Source: Buchnera aphidicola str. APS (Acyrthosiphon pisum)
GTDB taxonomy: Bacteria > Pseudomonadota > Gammaproteobacteria > Enterobacterales > Enterobacteriaceae
Assembly: GCF_000009605.1 (NCBI RefSeq)
Contig: NC_002528.1
Location: 90,001-122,000 of the forward strand
DNA: 32,000 bases
Direction: 5' to 3'
Below are positions 1 through 10,504 of this stretch, piece by piece (the first letter of the stretch is position 1; the number at the start of each line of letters is the position of its first letter). The notes beneath the pieces were generated by a model, which did not search any database, had not been told where the DNA came from, and worked only from the letters and a program-made list of their open reading frames with translations. Made by a program: the position numbers and the translations under genes.

Positions 1-1
1 T

Positions 2-817
2 GTAAAGATGTCTTTTTTTAATTTATTTAATAGATCCTTCATTAGTTTTGAAAGTAAATTATCTATTAATGCAAAATTAAAATTAATATTAGGAAAAATG
101 ATTTCTGATGGTGCAATTTTTTTAAAAGGCAATAATACGAAATTAGAAAAAAAAATTAATAAAAAAATTTTTATTCAAAATATAGATTTTTTTAAAATAT
201 CTATGAATTTAATAAAAAATGATTTTAAAAGTAAATGGATAATAAAAAAAAATAAAAAATTATCGAATAATAAAAATATTTTTGGGTATTTAAACATTAT
301 AGACATTTACAACAAAAAAAACATAAAAGGTGAATTTATCTTTTATAAATTTCCTTTTTCTTTTATAAATTTTTTTACTACAAATTTTAAAGAAGTTAGT
401 GGTAAGTTTCAAAGTAAAATAAAATTATTTGGAACTTTATATCAGCCTAAAGTTTTGGCCGATGTACATTTTAAAAATATTTTTATTAGAAGTAACAACA
501 TATTAAAGTATATAACTTTATTTTTTCCTTATTTTTTAGGAAAAGTAGATAATATAAAGATTAATCAAGAAATAATGATGAATAAAGGAAATATATTATT
601 TACATTAAAACCATTTTTCAAAAATAACTCTGCTGATATAGAATGGAATATTGCATTTAATAGCAAAAAAATATCAGTATTAATTTTTCCAAAAATAAAG
701 GTAAAATTTTCTTCGAAATTAAATTTGCATTATTTATTTTCAAAATATGACTTAATTGGATATATAAAATTTTCCTTATTTTACTTTCAAATTAACGAAA
801 AAAATTTTATTTTTTAA
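2..817 (+). CDS. tamB: C-terminal part of TamB/YtfN-like translocation and assembly protein (open at the left window edge; track start 8 is probably internal)
   Basis: Frame is open to the left edge. Repetitive, beta-rich low-complexity sequence and position next to ppa match the ytfM-ytfN-ppa neighbourhood. Direct similarity is weak. Confidence 0.5.
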   Translation, partial: VKMSFFNLFNRSFISFESKLSINAKLKLILGKMISDGAIFLKGNNTKLEKKINKKIFIQNIDFFKISMNLIKNDFKSKWIIKKNKKLSNNKNIFGYLNIIDIYNKKNIKGEFIFYKFPFSFINFFTTNFKEVSGKFQSKIKLFGTLYQPKVLADVHFKNIFIRSNNILKYITLFFPYFLGKVDNIKINQEIMMNKGNILFTLKPFFKNNSADIEWNIAFNSKKISVLIFPKIKVKFSSKLNLHYLFSKYDLIGYIKFSLFYFQINEKNFIF

Positions 818-832
818 TGTTATCAAAAAATA

Positions 833-1381
833 TCACTTATTTAAAAAGATACTATTTTTTTTAGCACGGTTATATGCATCATTAATTTCTAATTTTGCAT
901 CTTGACAGTTTCCCCATCCAATAATTTCCACCCATTTTTCTTTTTCTAATGTTTTATAATTCTGAAAAAAATGAGTAATTTGCTTTTTTAACAATTCTGA
1001 TATATCTGATATATCATTTATGTTTTTATATTCTTGGCAAATTTTACTTTTGGGTACTGCTATTATTTTAGCATCATCACCTGATTCATCTTGCATATTT
1101 AATATCCCAATAGGTTTACAATGAATGACACAGCTAGACTTTATTGGGTAATGAGAAGGTACTAAAACATCTAAGGGATCACCATCTAAAGATAAAGTAT
1201 GATTAATATAACCATAGTTACAGGGATAGAACATTGGAGTAGGTATAAAACGATCGACAAAAAGCATTCCTGATTTTTTATCTACCTCATATTTAATAGG
1301 GGATGAATTTGATGAAATTTCTATAATAACATATATATCATTTGGTATATCATCACCAGCAACAATTTTATTTAAATTCAT
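833..1381 (-). CDS. ppa: Inorganic pyrophosphatase
   Basis: Near-colinear with E. coli Ppa: DIYVVIEI-like start, FVDRF..TPMFYPCNYGYINHTLSLDGDPLDVLVP, DAKIIAVP. Confidence 0.98.
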   Translation of the reverse strand: MNLNKIVAGDDIPNDIYVIIEISSNSSPIKYEVDKKSGMLFVDRFIPTPMFYPCNYGYINHTLSLDGDPLDVLVPSHYPIKSSCVIHCKPIGILNMQDESGDDAKIIAVPKSKICQEYKNINDISDISELLKKQITHFFQNYKTLEKEKWVEIIGWGNCQDAKLEINDAYNRAKKNSIFLNK

Positions 1382-1574
1382 TTTTTTTCCTTATTAATAC
1401 TTTGTGATTATTTTATATAATTTTAAGATAAGTAGATGAGTTTATAGTTTTAAATAAATTTTAACATCGAAGAATAATTATATCTACGTTTTGTACAAAG
1501 TAATGTGTTTTAATTTTGAATGTTTTTTAATATAATATTTATATACAAAAAACATGTTGTAAGGATTTATATAT

Positions 1575-2915
1575 ATGCAATTAATTAAAGAAATAGAAAA
1601 CGAAGAATTACATCTTGTGAATACAGTAAAAAACACTCTTAAACTATCTAAAAATATTAATGCCTCTGTAGAAGTATTTATAAAAAAAACAATAGGTATT
1701 AGTGTTAATGTAAGAAATAATGTTGTTGAAAATGTAGAGTTTAATAGCGATGGTGGATTGTTTATAACAGTATATAATAAGTTCTCTAAAGGTAGTGTTT
1801 CATCTAAAGATTTTAGTATTAAGAACATTAAAAATATGTTAGACATAGCTATTAATATTTCAAAATATTCTTCTTCTGATTTTTTCTCAGGTTTGCCGGA
1901 CATAAAATTTTTATGCTTTCATTCTATGGAACTTGATTTGTTTCATCCGTGGGAATTTAACATAGAAAATGCCATTAAGATGTCTATATTATCAGAAAAA
2001 TCAGCTTTTGAATCTGATAAAAGGATTGTTAATAGTGAAGGAAGTTTTTTAAATAGTCATACAACTATAAATGTTTTTGGAAACAGTCTAGGTGTGTTAG
2101 AAAAATATAAATCTACTCGTTATTCTAATTATACTTGTATGATCGCTAAAGATAAAAATTCTATGCAAAGAGATTTTGATTATTCTCTTTCAAGAAGAAT
2201 TGATGATTTAATAAAACCAGAAATTTTAGGTCAAAAAACAGCTAAACGAGCTATATCTAGATTAGGTTCTCGAAAAATACAAACTATGAGATCTCCAATT
2301 ATTTTTTCATCAGAAATATCTCACATGTTTTTTTCACATCTTGCTAGTGCGATTAGCGGTGATAATGTTTATCAAAAATCTACATTTTTAATTAATGATC
2401 TGAAAATGAAAATCTTTCCCGATTGGCTTGATATTGAAGAAAATCCACATTTAAAACGAGGTTTGGGTAGTAAACCTTTTGATAATGAAGGTGTAGCTAC
2501 AGAAATTAAATATATTATTAAAGCTGGAATCTTACAAACTTGGTTATTAAATTGCTACAATGCTCGTAAACTTAAATTAGACAGTACAGGAAATTGTGGT
2601 GGAATTCACAATTGGTTAGTTTCGAATCAAAATATATCTTTTGAAGAACTTTTAAAAAAGATGGATCAAGGTATATTAGTAACAGAATTAATGGGACAAG
2701 GTGTAGATATTATAAATGGTAATTATTCACGTGGAGCAGTAGGTTTTTGGGTTGAAAAAGGAAAAATTTCTTATCCTATTAATGAAATTACTATATCTGG
2801 AAATTTAAGAAATATGTGGAATAATATCGTGAGTATTAGCAGTGATGTTGATAGACGTAATAATATTCAATGTGGTTCGGTATTATTATCTGAAATTCAG
2901 GTTTCTGGAAATTAA
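1575..2915 (+). CDS. pmbA: Metalloprotease TldE/PmbA
   Basis: 446 aa. Typical PmbA C-terminal region ([68 protein letters not shown]). Confidence 0.95.
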   Translation: MQLIKEIENEELHLVNTVKNTLKLSKNINASVEVFIKKTIGISVNVRNNVVENVEFNSDGGLFITVYNKFSKGSVSSKDFSIKNIKNMLDIAINISKYSSSDFFSGLPDIKFLCFHSMELDLFHPWEFNIENAIKMSILSEKSAFESDKRIVNSEGSFLNSHTTINVFGNSLGVLEKYKSTRYSNYTCMIAKDKNSMQRDFDYSLSRRIDDLIKPEILGQKTAKRAISRLGSRKIQTMRSPIIFSSEISHMFFSHLASAISGDNVYQKSTFLINDLKMKIFPDWLDIEENPHLKRGLGSKPFDNEGVATEIKYIIKAGILQTWLLNCYNARKLKLDSTGNCGGIHNWLVSNQNISFEELLKKMDQGILVTELMGQGVDIINGNYSRGAVGFWVEKGKISYPINEITISGNLRNMWNNIVSISSDVDRRNNIQCGSVLLSEIQVSGN

Positions 2916-2944
2916 CTTATATTGTTTAATTTTAAATAATGAAC

Positions 2945-2970
2945 TAAAGGTAATAAATTTATTACCTTTA
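2945..2970. terminator. Perfect 26-nt palindrome, possible bidirectional transcription end between pmbA and rnpB
   Basis: taaaggtaataaa|tttattaccttta is its own reverse complement, between the convergent pmbA and rnpB 3' ends. No long T run follows on either strand. Confidence 0.4.
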
Positions 2971-2986
2971 TAAAAATATTTCTAGT

Positions 2987-3359
2987 TATTGAAGTTGACT
3001 CGTGTAAGCCGGGTTCTGTTTTAACAGTCATTCATCTAGATTAGCAATCACTTACTAATTCAAGCAGCCTACCCAGGTTTAAGAAGTACGAGCAGTACAA
3101 AAAATTTATCCTATATTTGGCTTTGCTCCGGGTGGAGTTTACCATGCCATGAATTGTTACCAATTATGCGGTGTGCTCTTACCACGCCTTTTCACCCTGG
3201 CCATATTTTTATATATTACAAAATAGGTGGTTTATTTTCTGTTGCACTAGTCATAAGCTCACGCTTTCCAGATGTTATCTGGCACCCTGCTCTATGGAGC
3301 CCGGACTTTCCTCTTTTTAATTTTTAAAAACTAAACAGCGACTGTTTTTAGTCAACTTC
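2987..3359 (-). ncRNA. rnpB: RNase P RNA (M1 RNA)
   Basis: Reverse complement begins GAAGTTGACT..GAGGAAAGTCCGGGCTCCAT..AGGGTGCCAG, then GGGTGAAA, GGTAAGAGC, TTTACCATG/GGTAAACTCCACCCGGAGCAAAGCC, GGGTAGGCTGCTTGAA, TAGATGAATGACTG, AGAACCCGGCTTAC. Ends AGTCAACTTC, which pairs with the 5' GAAGTTGACT (P1). Confidence 0.97.
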
Positions 3360-3392
3360 AAAATCAAATTATACATTATTTTAATAATTTTG

Positions 3393-4241
3393 TCACTCTT
3401 CTTTTTTTATTACATATTGATATAATTTATTTTTATTAATATCATGTATTTGTGCAGTAATTAAAACTGATGTTTTTAATGAAAAAAACTTTCTTAATAT
3501 TGAAAATGTATCTAATATTTTTTTTGATAGAGTATAATTTTTTAATTTTTTAAAACCATCAATGATAATTACCATTTCTCCTTTATAACGATATTTATTT
3601 TCTTTAAGCCATTCAAGTATTAAACTTGCTTTTGCACCATAAATAGATTCCCATTTTTTTGTCATTTCTCTTGCTATTACTATATGTCGATTTTTATCTA
3701 TTTGTTCTATTATATCTTTTATACTTTCAAGTATCCTGTGTTTTGATTCATAAAAAATAATTGTTCGTGTTTCTTCTTTTAAAGAATGTAGTAAATCACA
3801 TCTTGATTTTTTTCTAGAAGGCAAAAAGCCTTCGTAGCAAAAACGATTATTTATTATTCCAGAAGCGCTTAATGCCGTGATAGCAGCACAAGCACCTGGA
3901 AGAGGAATTACTTTTATATCAAAAATATGACATTGTTTTATTAATATACAACCAGGATCATTAATAATCGGTGTGCCTGCATTAGAAACTAAAGCAATTT
4001 TTTTCCCTTTTTTCAGTTCTTGGATCAAATTATGACTTTGTTTTTTTTCATTATCTTTGTTCATTAATATTAAATTATTTTTAATATTAAAATGTTGAAG
4101 TAAAATATTAGTGTGTCTGATGTTTTCAGCGGCGATTATATCAACATCTTTTAACACTTCTAATGCTCTATAAGTAATATCTGATAGATTACCGATAGGA
4201 GTAGGTACAATATAAAGAATACCAATATAAAATTCATTCAT
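3393..4241 (-). CDS. rsmI: 16S rRNA (cytidine-2'-O)-methyltransferase RsmI (YraL)
   Basis: LYIVPTPIGNLSDITYRALEVL..DIIAAENIRHT..LLQHFNI; ALVSNAGTPIINDPGC; REMTKKWES. Confidence 0.97.
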   Translation of the reverse strand: MNEFYIGILYIVPTPIGNLSDITYRALEVLKDVDIIAAENIRHTNILLQHFNIKNNLILMNKDNEKKQSHNLIQELKKGKKIALVSNAGTPIINDPGCILIKQCHIFDIKVIPLPGACAAITALSASGIINNRFCYEGFLPSRKKSRCDLLHSLKEETRTIIFYESKHRILESIKDIIEQIDKNRHIVIAREMTKKWESIYGAKASLILEWLKENKYRYKGEMVIIIDGFKKLKNYTLSKKILDTFSILRKFFSLKTSVLITAQIHDINKNKLYQYVIKKEE

Positions 4242-4379
4242 TTTTTTTCCATAAAATATTATTATATATGTGATAATAGTTAAGATTAATCAAACATTTT
4301 ATTTAAATATAAAATTTTTTTATTTTTTTATTCTAATTTTAATTGAATATATAAGTTTTTGTAAATGTAAGGACAAAAA

Positions 4380-5600
4380 GTGAGACGAGTAGTTATAACA
4401 GGCATTGGGATTGTTTCTAGCATTGGTAATAATAAAAAAGAAGTACTAGCTTCTTTATATAAAGGTGTTTCTGGTATTGTTTCTTCAGAAGAAATGAAAA
4501 AATTAGGCATGCGTAGTGCAGTTTGGGGTAATATTAAATTAGAAAGTATAAACATAATAACACAAAAATTATCTCGCTTTATGAATAATGCTTCTAGATA
4601 TTCTTTTGTTGCTATGATGGAAGCTATTAAAGATGCTAAGATAGATAGAGAATATTATCAAAAAAATCCTCGTGTTGGACTAATTTCTGGATCAGGATGT
4701 AGTTTTTCAAAAAATACTTTAACATCTGATATTCATCTCATGAAAAATAAACATATTTCAAAAGGCATCAGTCCGTATCTTGCAGTTAAAACGATGCCTT
4801 CTGGAATATCAGCTTGCTTATCTACTCTGTTTAAAATTTATGGGGTCACTTATTCTATAAGTTCCGCTTGCGCAACCTCTGCACATTGTATCGGAAACGC
4901 ATTTGAATTAATTCAATTCGGTAGGCAAGATCTTATTTTTGCAGGTGGAGGAGAGGAAATAAGTTTAGAACTAGCAATGCAATTTGATGCAATGAGAGCT
5001 TTGTCTACGTGTTTTAATAATGACCCCAAAAAAGCATCACGTGTCTATGATGTATATCGTGATGGTTTTGTTATTTCAGGTGGAGCAGGTATGCTAGTAA
5101 TTGAGGAATTGAATTCAGCTTTATCTCGTTCTGCTTATATTTATGCAGAAATTATTGGATATGCAGCCACATCTGATGGTTCAAATATAGTTGTACCTTC
5201 AGGAGATGGAGCAATTCGTTGTATGAATTTAGCTAGAAAAGGTAAAAATATTCCTATTGATTATCTTAATGTACATGGTACTGGAACAAAAATTGGTGAT
5301 TTAATAGAATTAGAAGCAATTAGAAAAGTATTCTTAAATGAAAAAAAACCAATGATTTCTGCAACAAAGTCAATGACTGGCCATGGATTAGGAGCTTCAG
5401 GAGTACATGAAATGATTTATACACTATTAATGTTAAAATATAATTTTATAGCTCCTACAATCAATATAGAAAATTTAGAACCTTGTGCGGAAAATATGAA
5501 TATTATTCAAAAAACTACAAATATAGAAATTAATACAGCTATGTCTAATAGTTTTGGTTTCGGTGGAACTAACGTGTCACTAATAGTAAAAAAATATTAA
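4380..5600 (+). CDS. fabB: 3-oxoacyl-[ACP] synthase I (FabB), GTG start
   Basis: MRRVVITGIGIVSSIGNNKKEVLASL; ISSACATSAHCIG active site; HGTGTKIGD; KSMTGHGLGASG; NSFGFGGTN. Confidence 0.98.
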   Translation: MRRVVITGIGIVSSIGNNKKEVLASLYKGVSGIVSSEEMKKLGMRSAVWGNIKLESINIITQKLSRFMNNASRYSFVAMMEAIKDAKIDREYYQKNPRVGLISGSGCSFSKNTLTSDIHLMKNKHISKGISPYLAVKTMPSGISACLSTLFKIYGVTYSISSACATSAHCIGNAFELIQFGRQDLIFAGGGEEISLELAMQFDAMRALSTCFNNDPKKASRVYDVYRDGFVISGGAGMLVIEELNSALSRSAYIYAEIIGYAATSDGSNIVVPSGDGAIRCMNLARKGKNIPIDYLNVHGTGTKIGDLIELEAIRKVFLNEKKPMISATKSMTGHGLGASGVHEMIYTLLMLKYNFIAPTINIENLEPCAENMNIIQKTTNIEINTAMSNSFGFGGTNVSLIVKKY

Positions 5601-5685
5601 TATACTATCAATAATTGAAATATTTTTTAAAAATCTTTTTCTATTTAAAAAACATATTTTTTATATATCTGACTAGTATTTTTTA

Positions 5686-5728
5686 AAAAAATCATTTTAA
5701 TATTTTTTTGATATTAAAATGATTTTTT
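5686..5728 (+). terminator. Likely fabB transcription terminator hairpin
   Basis: Perfect 18-bp inverted repeat AAAAAATCATTTTAATAT / ATATTAAAATGATTTTTT with a 7-nt loop, downstream of fabB. A-tract and T-tract form the stem base. Confidence 0.55.
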
Positions 5729-5839
5729 ATTCTTAATATATATTATTCAGTTTATATAAAATAAAAAATATATTTATGAAATCTAATTTATTTATTTTTT
5801 GATTTAAATTTTTTTATTGAAAAACAAGAGAGATTAAAT

Positions 5840-6790
5840 ATGAATCAATTGAGTGCTTTGAAACAATTTTCTATTATTGTTGCAGATACTAGTGATATAA
5901 AATCTATTTGTAAATACCAACCAGAAGATGCCACTACCAACCCATCTTTAATACTACAAGCAGTAAGTTCTAATACTAATCAAAATTTTGTAGATCAAGC
6001 TGTGCAATATGCAAAAAAGAAAGGAGGGCTATATAAAGATCAGATCATCAATGCAAGTGATAAAATATTAGTAGATTTAGGAATAGAAATTCTAAAAAAA
6101 ATACCAGGTTATATTTCAAGCGAAGTAGATGCTCGTTTATCTTTTAGTACAGAGGCGTCTATTTTAAAAGCAAAAAAAATAATTGATTTATATGAAGAAC
6201 AAGGGATTTCTAGGAATAGAGTCTTAATTAAATTAGCTGCTACATGGGAATGTATAAAGGCTGCAGAAGAACTTAAAAAAGATAGTATTCTTTGTAATTT
6301 AACTCTTTTATTTTCCTTTGCTCAAGCGCGTGCTTGCGCGGAATCAAATGTGTTTTTAATATCTCCTTTTGTCGGACGTATTTATGATTGGTATATTTCA
6401 CAAAATTTACTATCTAAATCTTTTTTAGGAAAAGATCCTGGTGTAATATCTGTTTGTAAAATATATGAATATTATAAAAAGTATGGCTATAAAACGATTA
6501 TCATGGGGGCTAGCTTCCGTAACATTCAACAAATATTATATTTATCTGGATGTGATCGGTTAACTATTTCACCTGTTTTATTAAAAGAACTCGAATCTAA
6601 TACTGCAAAAATTGATAGAAATCTTGCTCCTCCTAGTTTTATTTCAGTCCCTCCAGTAGCACTTTCTGAAGAAGAGTTTCGATGGGAACATAATCAAGAT
6701 GCTATGGCGGTTCAAAAATTATCTGACGGCATACGAAATTTTGGAAAAGATCAATTACGTTTAGAGAAAATATTTTCTAAAAAAATATAA
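5840..6790 (+). CDS. talA: Transaldolase A
   Basis: [29 protein letters not shown]; [21 protein letters not shown]; [12 protein letters not shown]; [11 protein letters not shown]; IMGASFRN. Confidence 0.96.
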   Translation: MNQLSALKQFSIIVADTSDIKSICKYQPEDATTNPSLILQAVSSNTNQNFVDQAVQYAKKKGGLYKDQIINASDKILVDLGIEILKKIPGYISSEVDARLSFSTEASILKAKKIIDLYEEQGISRNRVLIKLAATWECIKAAEELKKDSILCNLTLLFSFAQARACAESNVFLISPFVGRIYDWYISQNLLSKSFLGKDPGVISVCKIYEYYKKYGYKTIIMGASFRNIQQILYLSGCDRLTISPVLLKELESNTAKIDRNLAPPSFISVPPVALSEEEFRWEHNQDAMAVQKLSDGIRNFGKDQLRLEKIFSKKI

Positions 6791-6844
6791 ATAATATAAA
6801 AAAATAAAGTTTGACTAATATTTTTAAATTGATAAGGAAAATCT

Positions 6845-8842
6845 ATGTATTCACGAAAAGAATTAGCTAATGCAATTCGTATGTTAAGTATAGATGCTGT
6901 ACAAAATGCACAATCAGGACATCCTGGTATGCCGATGGGAATGGCAGATATTGCTGAAGTGTTATGGAGAAGTTTTTTAAAACATAATCCAGCAAATCCT
7001 AATTGGAATGATCGCGATCGTTTTATATTATCTAACGGACATGGTTCTATGTTGCTCTATAGTTTGTTGCATCTTACAGGCTATAATCTACCGATCGAAG
7101 AATTAAAAAAATTTAGACAACTGAATTCAAAAACTCCAGGACATCCTGAAACAGGTGAAACACCTGGTGTAGAAACAACTACTGGTCCATTGGGACAAGG
7201 GTTAGCAAATGCTGTTGGTATGGCTATTGCAGAAAGAACTTTAAGTTCTTATTTTAATCGACCAGGATATGATATAATTAATCATTATACTTGGGTTTTT
7301 GTAGGCGACGGTTGCTTAATGGAGGGTATTTCTCACGAAGTCTGTTCTTTAGCAGGAACTTTAAATCTTGGAAAATTAATCGTTTTTTATGATAAAAATG
7401 GTATTTCGATAGATGGGAAAACAGCTCACTGGTTCACCGATGATACAGCAAAACGTTTTGAATCTTATAATTGGCATGTATTAGATAATATAGATGGTCA
7501 TGATTCAGAATCTATAGAAAGAAGTATAAAACAAGCAAAATTAATAACAAATCAACCTTCTATTATTATTTGCAATACTATTATTGGTTTTGGTTCTCCT
7601 AATAAATCAGGAACAGCAGAATCACATGGAGCTCCTCTAGGTGAGGTTGAAATTTCTTTAATTCGAGAACAATTGAAATGGAATTATCCTCCTTTTCAGA
7701 TACCTAAAGAAATTTATAAAAAATGGAATTTTATAGAAGAAGGATCTAAACTTGAAAAGAAATGGAACGAAAAATTTTCTTTATATCAATCCAAATATCC
7801 TGATTTATCGACTGAATATTTGCGGCGAATAAATAAAAAATTACCTGTTGAGTGGGATAGAGTAACTAATAATTACATTTCTTTTTTACAAAAAAATAGA
7901 CAAAGTATTGCTAGTCGTAAAGCTTCTCAAAATACATTAGAAAAATATGCGATGATTTTACCTGAGTTAATCGGTGGTTCAGCAGATTTATCACCGAGCA
8001 ATCTCACTATGTGGTCTAGATGTAATTCCATTAAAGATAATTTATCTGGAAACTATATTCATTATGGAGTACGTGAATTTGGAATGACCGCTATTGCAAA
8101 TGGCATATCTCATCATGGAGGTTTTATACCTTATACTGCTACATTTTTAATGTTTGTCGAATATGCACGAAATGCAGTTCGTATGGCTGCTTTAATGTGT
8201 ACCAAACATATTTTTGTGTATACTCACGATTCTATTGGACTGGGTGAAGATGGTCCTACACATCAACCAGTAGAACAATTATCTAGTTTGAGAATAACTC
8301 CTAATATAGATGTATGGAGACCTAGTGACCAAGTAGAAACAGCTGTTGCTTGGAAAAAAGCTATTGAAAAAACATCAGGACCTACAGCATTAATTTTATC
8401 ACGTCAAAATCTTGATCAATTTGAGAGAAGTTCTGAACAATTAGAAAACATTTCTTATGGAGCATATATATTATATGATTCAAAAAAAAGACTTGATATT
8501 ATCTTTATATCAACTGGATCAGAATTAAATGTTACTTTAATTGCTGCAAAAAAATTGGCTTCTTTAGGGTATTCTGTACGTGTTGTATCTATGCCCTGTA
8601 CTAGTGTTTTTGATAGACAAGATGCTTCTTATAAAGAATTTGTATTACCGACTTATGTTGCTAAAAGGGTTGCTGTTGAAGCTAGTATAGAAGATTTTTG
8701 GTATAAATACGTAGGGATAAATGGTGTAATTATTGGAATGAAAACATTTGGTGAATCTGCTCCAGCAGAAGATTTATTTAAAAAATTTGGTTTTACTGTA
8801 CAAAATATCTTCAATAAATCATTAATTTTATTAAAATCTTAA
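6845..8842 (+). CDS. tktB: Transketolase
   Basis: 665 aa. [41 protein letters not shown]; [12 protein letters not shown]; [18 protein letters not shown]. Assignment as tktB rather than tktA rests on adjacency to talA. Confidence 0.95.
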   Translation: MYSRKELANAIRMLSIDAVQNAQSGHPGMPMGMADIAEVLWRSFLKHNPANPNWNDRDRFILSNGHGSMLLYSLLHLTGYNLPIEELKKFRQLNSKTPGHPETGETPGVETTTGPLGQGLANAVGMAIAERTLSSYFNRPGYDIINHYTWVFVGDGCLMEGISHEVCSLAGTLNLGKLIVFYDKNGISIDGKTAHWFTDDTAKRFESYNWHVLDNIDGHDSESIERSIKQAKLITNQPSIIICNTIIGFGSPNKSGTAESHGAPLGEVEISLIREQLKWNYPPFQIPKEIYKKWNFIEEGSKLEKKWNEKFSLYQSKYPDLSTEYLRRINKKLPVEWDRVTNNYISFLQKNRQSIASRKASQNTLEKYAMILPELIGGSADLSPSNLTMWSRCNSIKDNLSGNYIHYGVREFGMTAIANGISHHGGFIPYTATFLMFVEYARNAVRMAALMCTKHIFVYTHDSIGLGEDGPTHQPVEQLSSLRITPNIDVWRPSDQVETAVAWKKAIEKTSGPTALILSRQNLDQFERSSEQLENISYGAYILYDSKKRLDIIFISTGSELNVTLIAAKKLASLGYSVRVVSMPCTSVFDRQDASYKEFVLPTYVAKRVAVEASIEDFWYKYVGINGVIIGMKTFGESAPAEDLFKKFGFTVQNIFNKSLILLKS

Positions 8843-8866
8843 TTTATTTAAAAATTTTAAATATTT

Positions 8867-8894
8867 ATGGGGCTCAATTATAGCCCCATCTTTT
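8867..8894 (+). terminator. Rho-independent terminator of the talA-tktB unit
   Basis: ATGGGGCT-caattat-AGCCCCAT followed by CTTTT. GC-rich stem in an otherwise very AT-rich spacer, 25 nt after the tktB stop. Confidence 0.85.
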
Positions 8895-8946
8895 ATGAAA
8901 AATAAAAATAATATTTATCAATAGAAATATTAAATTAGGAAAAAAT

Positions 8947-10074
8947 ATGACTTGTTCTATTACTGAATTAGCAAAAAAACTAATTTCTATTCCTTCTGTT
9001 AGTCCAAAAGATTTAGGTTGTCAAGATATTATAATAAAACGTTTATGTGCAATAGGATTTGACATTAAAAGAGTAAATGTTAATGATACAAAAAATTTTT
9101 GGGCTTTTAGAGGTACAGGTAAAACATTAACATTTGCAGGACATACAGATGTAGTTCCAATAGGTCAAGATAAAGATTGGCAAACTGATCCTTTTCAACC
9201 AGTCATACGAAGTGGATATTTATTTGGCAGAGGTTCTGCTGATATGAAGGGTGCTTTAGCAGCAATGATTACTGCGGCTGAAAGATTTGTAAATAAGTTT
9301 CCAAATCATAAAGGACGTTTGTCTTTTCTTATTACTTCAGACGAAGAGTCTAGTGCAGTTGATGGAACAATTAAAATAGTAGAATATTTAATGTCTAAAA
9401 GGGATATGATTGATTATTGTATAGTAGGAGAACCCTCTAGTACTAATATAGTGGGTGATGTTATAAAAAATGGTCGACGTGGTTCAATTACAGCTAATAT
9501 AACTATTTATGGAATACAGGGGCATATTGCATATCCTGATTTAGCAGATAATCCAATACATAAAGGGTTACCTGTTATTTTAAAAATATTGTCTATAAAA
9601 TTAGATTCTGGAAATGACTTTTTTTTACCTAGCAGCATAAATATTGCAAATATTCATGCAGGAAATGGATTTAATAATGTGATTCCAGGATCTCTATTTG
9701 TTCAATTTAATATTAGATTTAGTTCCGAAGTTTCTGAAAAACACATTCAATCTCAAATAGTAAATATATTAAATTCAAATGATATTAATTATTCTATAGA
9801 ATGGTTATTTTCAGGAAAACCATTTATCACTAAAAAAGGTTTATTGATAGACACAGTGATACAATCTATTTTTTATTTTAACAAAAAAAAGCCTATTTTA
9901 TCTACTTCTGGTGGCACTTCTGACGGTCGATTTATTGCTTTAATGGGTTCTGAAGTAGTAGAGTTAGGATTAGTCAATAATACAATTCATAAAGTTAATG
10001 AATGTGTCAAAATATCTGATTTAAAATTATTAAGCTGTATGTATGAAGATATTATGAAAAATTTATTATCTTAA
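8947..10074 (+). CDS. dapE: Succinyl-diaminopimelate desuccinylase
   Basis: [19 protein letters not shown]; [11 protein letters not shown]; [15 protein letters not shown]; [12 protein letters not shown]; VGEPSST; [12 protein letters not shown]. Confidence 0.97.
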   Translation: MTCSITELAKKLISIPSVSPKDLGCQDIIIKRLCAIGFDIKRVNVNDTKNFWAFRGTGKTLTFAGHTDVVPIGQDKDWQTDPFQPVIRSGYLFGRGSADMKGALAAMITAAERFVNKFPNHKGRLSFLITSDEESSAVDGTIKIVEYLMSKRDMIDYCIVGEPSSTNIVGDVIKNGRRGSITANITIYGIQGHIAYPDLADNPIHKGLPVILKILSIKLDSGNDFFLPSSINIANIHAGNGFNNVIPGSLFVQFNIRFSSEVSEKHIQSQIVNILNSNDINYSIEWLFSGKPFITKKGLLIDTVIQSIFYFNKKKPILSTSGGTSDGRFIALMGSEVVELGLVNNTIHKVNECVKISDLKLLSCMYEDIMKNLLS

Positions 10075-10231
10075 TTTTTCAACAAAAATATTTATAAAAA
10101 AACATTTTTTATATTTTTTATAAATGATGCAGAATATCATAGAGATAGTCTGCACCAATTATTACGCATGAATATTTAGTATAAAAAATATTTTCTTAAA
10201 TATTATTATTATTTTTAATATATTATATATT

Positions 10232-10504
10232 TTATACCGGTGGAAATATATCATAATTTTCTTTTTTGAGATCTTTATCTTGATAGGGAATGCTATATTC
10301 TTCTTTTTTTTTAGGGCTGCTAATTCCTTTCGGAATAATCAATCTACGAAATTGTTTTTTTATTTTATCAAAACGATAATTTTCTTTAGAATCATTTAAT
10401 GTACAAGATGTTATTAAAAATATATTTAATATTTGAGATATTATTATAATTTTGAAAAATTTTCTATGATATTTTGAGATTAGCATATTGAATTGCTTTT
10501 TCAA
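10232..10504 (-). CDS. bamC: Truncated outer membrane assembly lipoprotein BamC (NlpB), N-terminal segment only
   Basis: 90 aa. Signal peptide with lipobox LITSC, then a segment colinear with the E. coli BamC N-terminus (..[26 protein letters not shown] vs ..APAGMILPVTSGDYAIPVT..LDIRPPA). Immediately downstream of dapA, as in E. coli dapA-bamC. Start may be Met7, because the ORF overlaps dapA. Confidence 0.72.
   Translation of the reverse strand: MKKQFNMLISKYHRKFFKIIIISQILNIFLITSCTLNDSKENYRFDKIKKQFRRLIIPKGISSPKKKEEYSIPYQDKDLKKENYDIFPPV

Noticed and set aside
1484-1903. 139-aa ORF on the minus strand
   Set aside because: Antisense to the well-supported pmbA; low-complexity sequence with no recognisable family.
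4328-4555. 75-aa minus-strand ORF over the fabB start
   Set aside because: Antisense of conserved fabB coding sequence.
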